A DNA stretch of 63,341 nucleotides, filler included, from Octopus bimaculoides (lineage: Eukaryota): assembly GCF_001194135.2 (NCBI RefSeq). It is 7 parts of 7 records of this genome, joined end to end, with 100 filler letters (N's around TTAATTAATTAA, not from the genome) between each part and the next. Parts side by side here need not be neighbours in the genome. Positions count along the whole stretch, not along the records: positions 50,576 to 61,036 come from NC_068986.1; positions 61,137 to 63,341 come from NW_026379634.1; 5 more parts are not named here. The stretch is one strand, 5' to 3'. A model generated the notes under the pieces. The model had not been told where the DNA came from. It saw only the letters and a list, made by a program, of their open reading frames with translations, and made no database searches. This document shows positions 60,293 to 63,341 of the stretch, in pieces (positions within the stretch are counted from its first letter, which is position 1; each line of letters starts with the position of its first letter). The position numbers and the translations under genes are program-made.

Positions 60293-60944
60293 TTGAAAAC
60301 GCAAATCCTAGGCAGTCAACCAAATTCCCGAACGCATAAATGAAGATATTCAATCAATGTAACTGAATCATTTATATTTATATACATCAACAAAAACCAT
60401 GCATGTTTAGGCATAAAGATTCTCTAGGGGTATACAGAATGAAACAAAACATACATAAAAATATAGGAGAGATATAAAAGCATATAAAAATATATAAAAA
60501 TACATATAAAATCACATATAAATAAGGATTACATGTAAAAAGTTATGCGTGATAAATATAGGAAGCATCATATCTAAGATGTATGAGATATTTTAGACGA
60601 TTTAGGCGGTCTGCCATTTTGAAGATTGACATTTTTACTCCTATATTTATCAACCTCTCATTCGTTCTATGCCTCCTATATTTATCACGCATAACTTTTC
60701 ACATGTAATCCTTATTTATATGTGATTTTATATGTATTTCTCTATATTTTTATATGCTTTTATATCTCTCCTATATTTTTATGTATGTTTCGTTTTATTC
60801 TTTATACCCTTGGAGAATATTCATGCCTGTACATGCATGATTTATGTTGATGTGTATAAATATATATGATTCAATTACATTGTTTGAATATCTTCATGTA
60901 TGCGTTCGGGAATTTGGTTGACTGTCTAGGATTTGCGTTTTCAA
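60293..60944. repeat. Long inverted repeat (foldback/MITE-like) with ~275-bp arms and ~100-bp spacer
   Basis: ttgaaaacgcaaatcctaggcagtcaaccaaattcccgaacgcata… mirrored by …tatgcgttcgggaatttggttgactgtctaggatttgcgttttcaa. Confidence 0.92.
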
Positions 60945-61136
60945 AATCCTCTTCTTTGTATTATTTCACATTGGCTCTCTACGAGCACTTCGTAAATAGC
61001 CCATACTTTCTATAACATACTTAATATTGTGTATATNNNNNNNNNNNNNNNNNNNNNNNNNNNNNNNNNNNNNNNNNNNNTTAATTAATTAANNNNNNNN
61101 NNNNNNNNNNNNNNNNNNNNNNNNNNNNNNNNNNNN

Positions 61137-63341
61137 ACCGAGCGAACCAACGAACGAACGAACTTACGTACGTAAATACGTATGAAAGATCGAACGAATG
61201 AAATAACTAACGAACGTACGTACGTAGGTACGAAAGAATGAGCGAACGAACGTACGTACAGACGTATGTTCGTAAGTATGTACATACGAAAGAACGAACG
61301 AACGTACGTAAGAACGGATCAATGAACGAACGATCGAACAAACAAAAAAGAAAGAACGAATAAAGGAACGAACGAACATAAGTATGTACGTATGTACGAA
61401 CGTATTACCGAACCAACGAACGAACGAACTAACGAACGTACGTACGTCCGAATGCACGATGAACAAACGAACGATCGAACGCCCGAACGTACGTACGTAC
61501 GCACGTACGTAAGTACGAACGAATGAACGAACGAAAGAACGAACATACGTACATGCGTACGTACGAACGTTCGAACGAACGACCGAACGTATTTTCGTAC
61601 GTACAAACGAAAGAACGATCGTACGAACGTACGTAGTACGAATGAGCGAACGATCCATCGAACGAACGAAAGAATGAACGAACGTACGTAGGTAATTAGG
61701 GATGTACGTACTTACGAACGAACGTACGTATATACGTACGTATGTACAAACNNNNNNNNNNNNNNNNNNNNNNNNNNNNNNNNNNNNNNNNNNNNNNNNN
61801 NNNNNNNNNNNNNNNNNNNNNNNNNNNNNNNNNNNNNNNNNNNNNNNNNNNNNNNNNNNNNNNNNNNNNNNNNNNNNNNNNNNNNNNNNNNNNNNNNNNN
61901 NNNNNNNNNNNNNNNNNNNNNNNNNNNNNNNNNNNNNNNNNNNNNNNNNNNNNNNNNNNNNNNNNNNNNNNNNNNNNNNNNNNNNNNNNNNNNNNNNNNN
62001 NNNNNNNNNNNNNNNNNNNNNNNNNNNNNNNNNNNNNNNNNNNNNNNNNNNNNNNNNNNNNNNNNNNNNNNNNNNNNNNNNNNNNNNNNNNNNNNNNNNN
62101 NNNNNNNNNNNNNNNNNNNNNNNNNNNNNNNNNNNNNNNNNNNNNNNNNNNNNNNNNNNNNNNNNNNNNNNNNNNNNNNNNNNNNNNNNNNNNNNNNNNN
62201 NNNNNNNNNNNNNNNNNNNNNNNNNNNNNNNNNNNNNNNNNNNNNNNNNNNNNNNNNNNNNNNNNNNNNNNNNNNNNNNNNNNNNNNNNNNNNNNNNNNN
62301 NNNNNNNNNNNNNNNNNNNNNNNNNNNNNNNNNNNNNNNNNNNNNNNNNNNNNNNNNNNNNNNNNNNNNNNNNNNNNNNNNNNNNNNNNNNNNNNNNNNN
62401 NNNNNNNNNNNNNNNNAAAGACGTATGTACGATTGAACGAACGAACGAACGAACGAACGAACGTACGTCCGAACGTAGGTAAGTACGAACGAAGGACGAA
62501 CGAACATACGTACGTTTGTAGTACGTACATTAGAACGAACAAACAAACGAACGAAAGAACGTACGCACTTGCGAACGAAAGATCGAACAAAGAAACAAAC
62601 AAACGTACGTACGAACGAGCGAACGAATGTACGTACGTACGAACGAATGAACGAACGTATGTACGTACGTACGTACGACTGAACGAACGGAATTATGGAA
62701 CGAACGAATGAACGAACGAACGTACATAGTACAAATAAACGAACGTACGTATGTACGAACGTTCGATCGATCGGACGTACGTACGTACAAACGATCGAAC
62801 GGACGAACGAAAGAGCGTACGTACGTACGTATGTACGTAAGTACGAACGAACAAAGGTACGTACGTACGTAAGTAAGAACGAAAGAACGAACGATCGAAC
62901 GAACGAACTTTATTACGTATGTACGAACGAACGAACGAACGAACGGATGGAGGAGCGAACGTACGTACGTACGTACGTACAAATGAACGAACGTACATGC
63001 GTACGTACGTATGTATGAACGAATGAAAGATCGAGCGTACGTATATACGTACGTACAAACGACCGAACGAACGACCGAACATACGTTCGTACGTACGTTC
63101 GTACGTACAAAAGAAAGAACGAACGTACTTACGTACATACGAATGAATGAACGATCCAACGAACGAACGAAAGAGCGAAAGTACGAACGTACGTACTTAC
63201 GAATGTACGTATTTACGAACGAACGAAGGAACTAACGTACGTACGATCGAACGTACGTACGTACTAACGTACGAACGAAGGAATGAACGATTGAACGAAC
63301 GAACGTACGTACATACGAACGAACGTACATATCTACGAACG
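61137..63341. repeat. CpG-rich degenerate (ACGA/ACGT)n satellite running off the window end
   Basis: Read directly from the sequence; contains a ~670-N gap. Confidence 0.95.

Noticed and set aside
12548-61092. Six evenly built TTAATTAATTAA islands inside gaps
   Set aside because: Artificial six-frame-stop scaffolding linker; distances and adjacency across them are uncertain.
827-63235. Many long ORFs with X runs or HT/CV/YI/RS repeats
   Set aside because: They are artefacts of N gaps and microsatellites, not proteins.

Overview
AT-rich, microsatellite- and gap-rich eukaryotic DNA. Its SINE, mariner and Penelope content suggests a coleoid cephalopod such as Octopus (inference). One intact gene is clear: BCAP31 on the minus strand, with an uninterrupted CDS (16461-17183), a 5'-UTR intron and a KKDD ER-retrieval tail. 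Facing it is a TERB1-like locus missed by the ORF track: an intact spliced terminal telobox-Myb exon (13411-13605) downstream of a stop- and frameshift-riddled ARM-like region (~5.5-6.6 kb). The rest is mostly mobile DNA: tRNA-derived SINEs, mariner relics, piggyBac-like MITEs, Helitron-type relics, RTE fragments, two R4/Dong-like elements sitting in (CATA)n arrays, and at least four Penelope-like (PLE) families at 34-44 kb. The main novel signal is a set of minimal type I hammerhead ribozymes. One punctuates a ~335-bp rod-folding tandem repeat (59.2-59.9 kb) and another caps a ~33-bp G-U-rich stem in an inverted/tandem unit (43.8-44.4 kb); both are candidate non-LTR retrozyme / circular-RNA elements. 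All homology calls were made by eye from recalled motifs; no database searches or folding programs were run.
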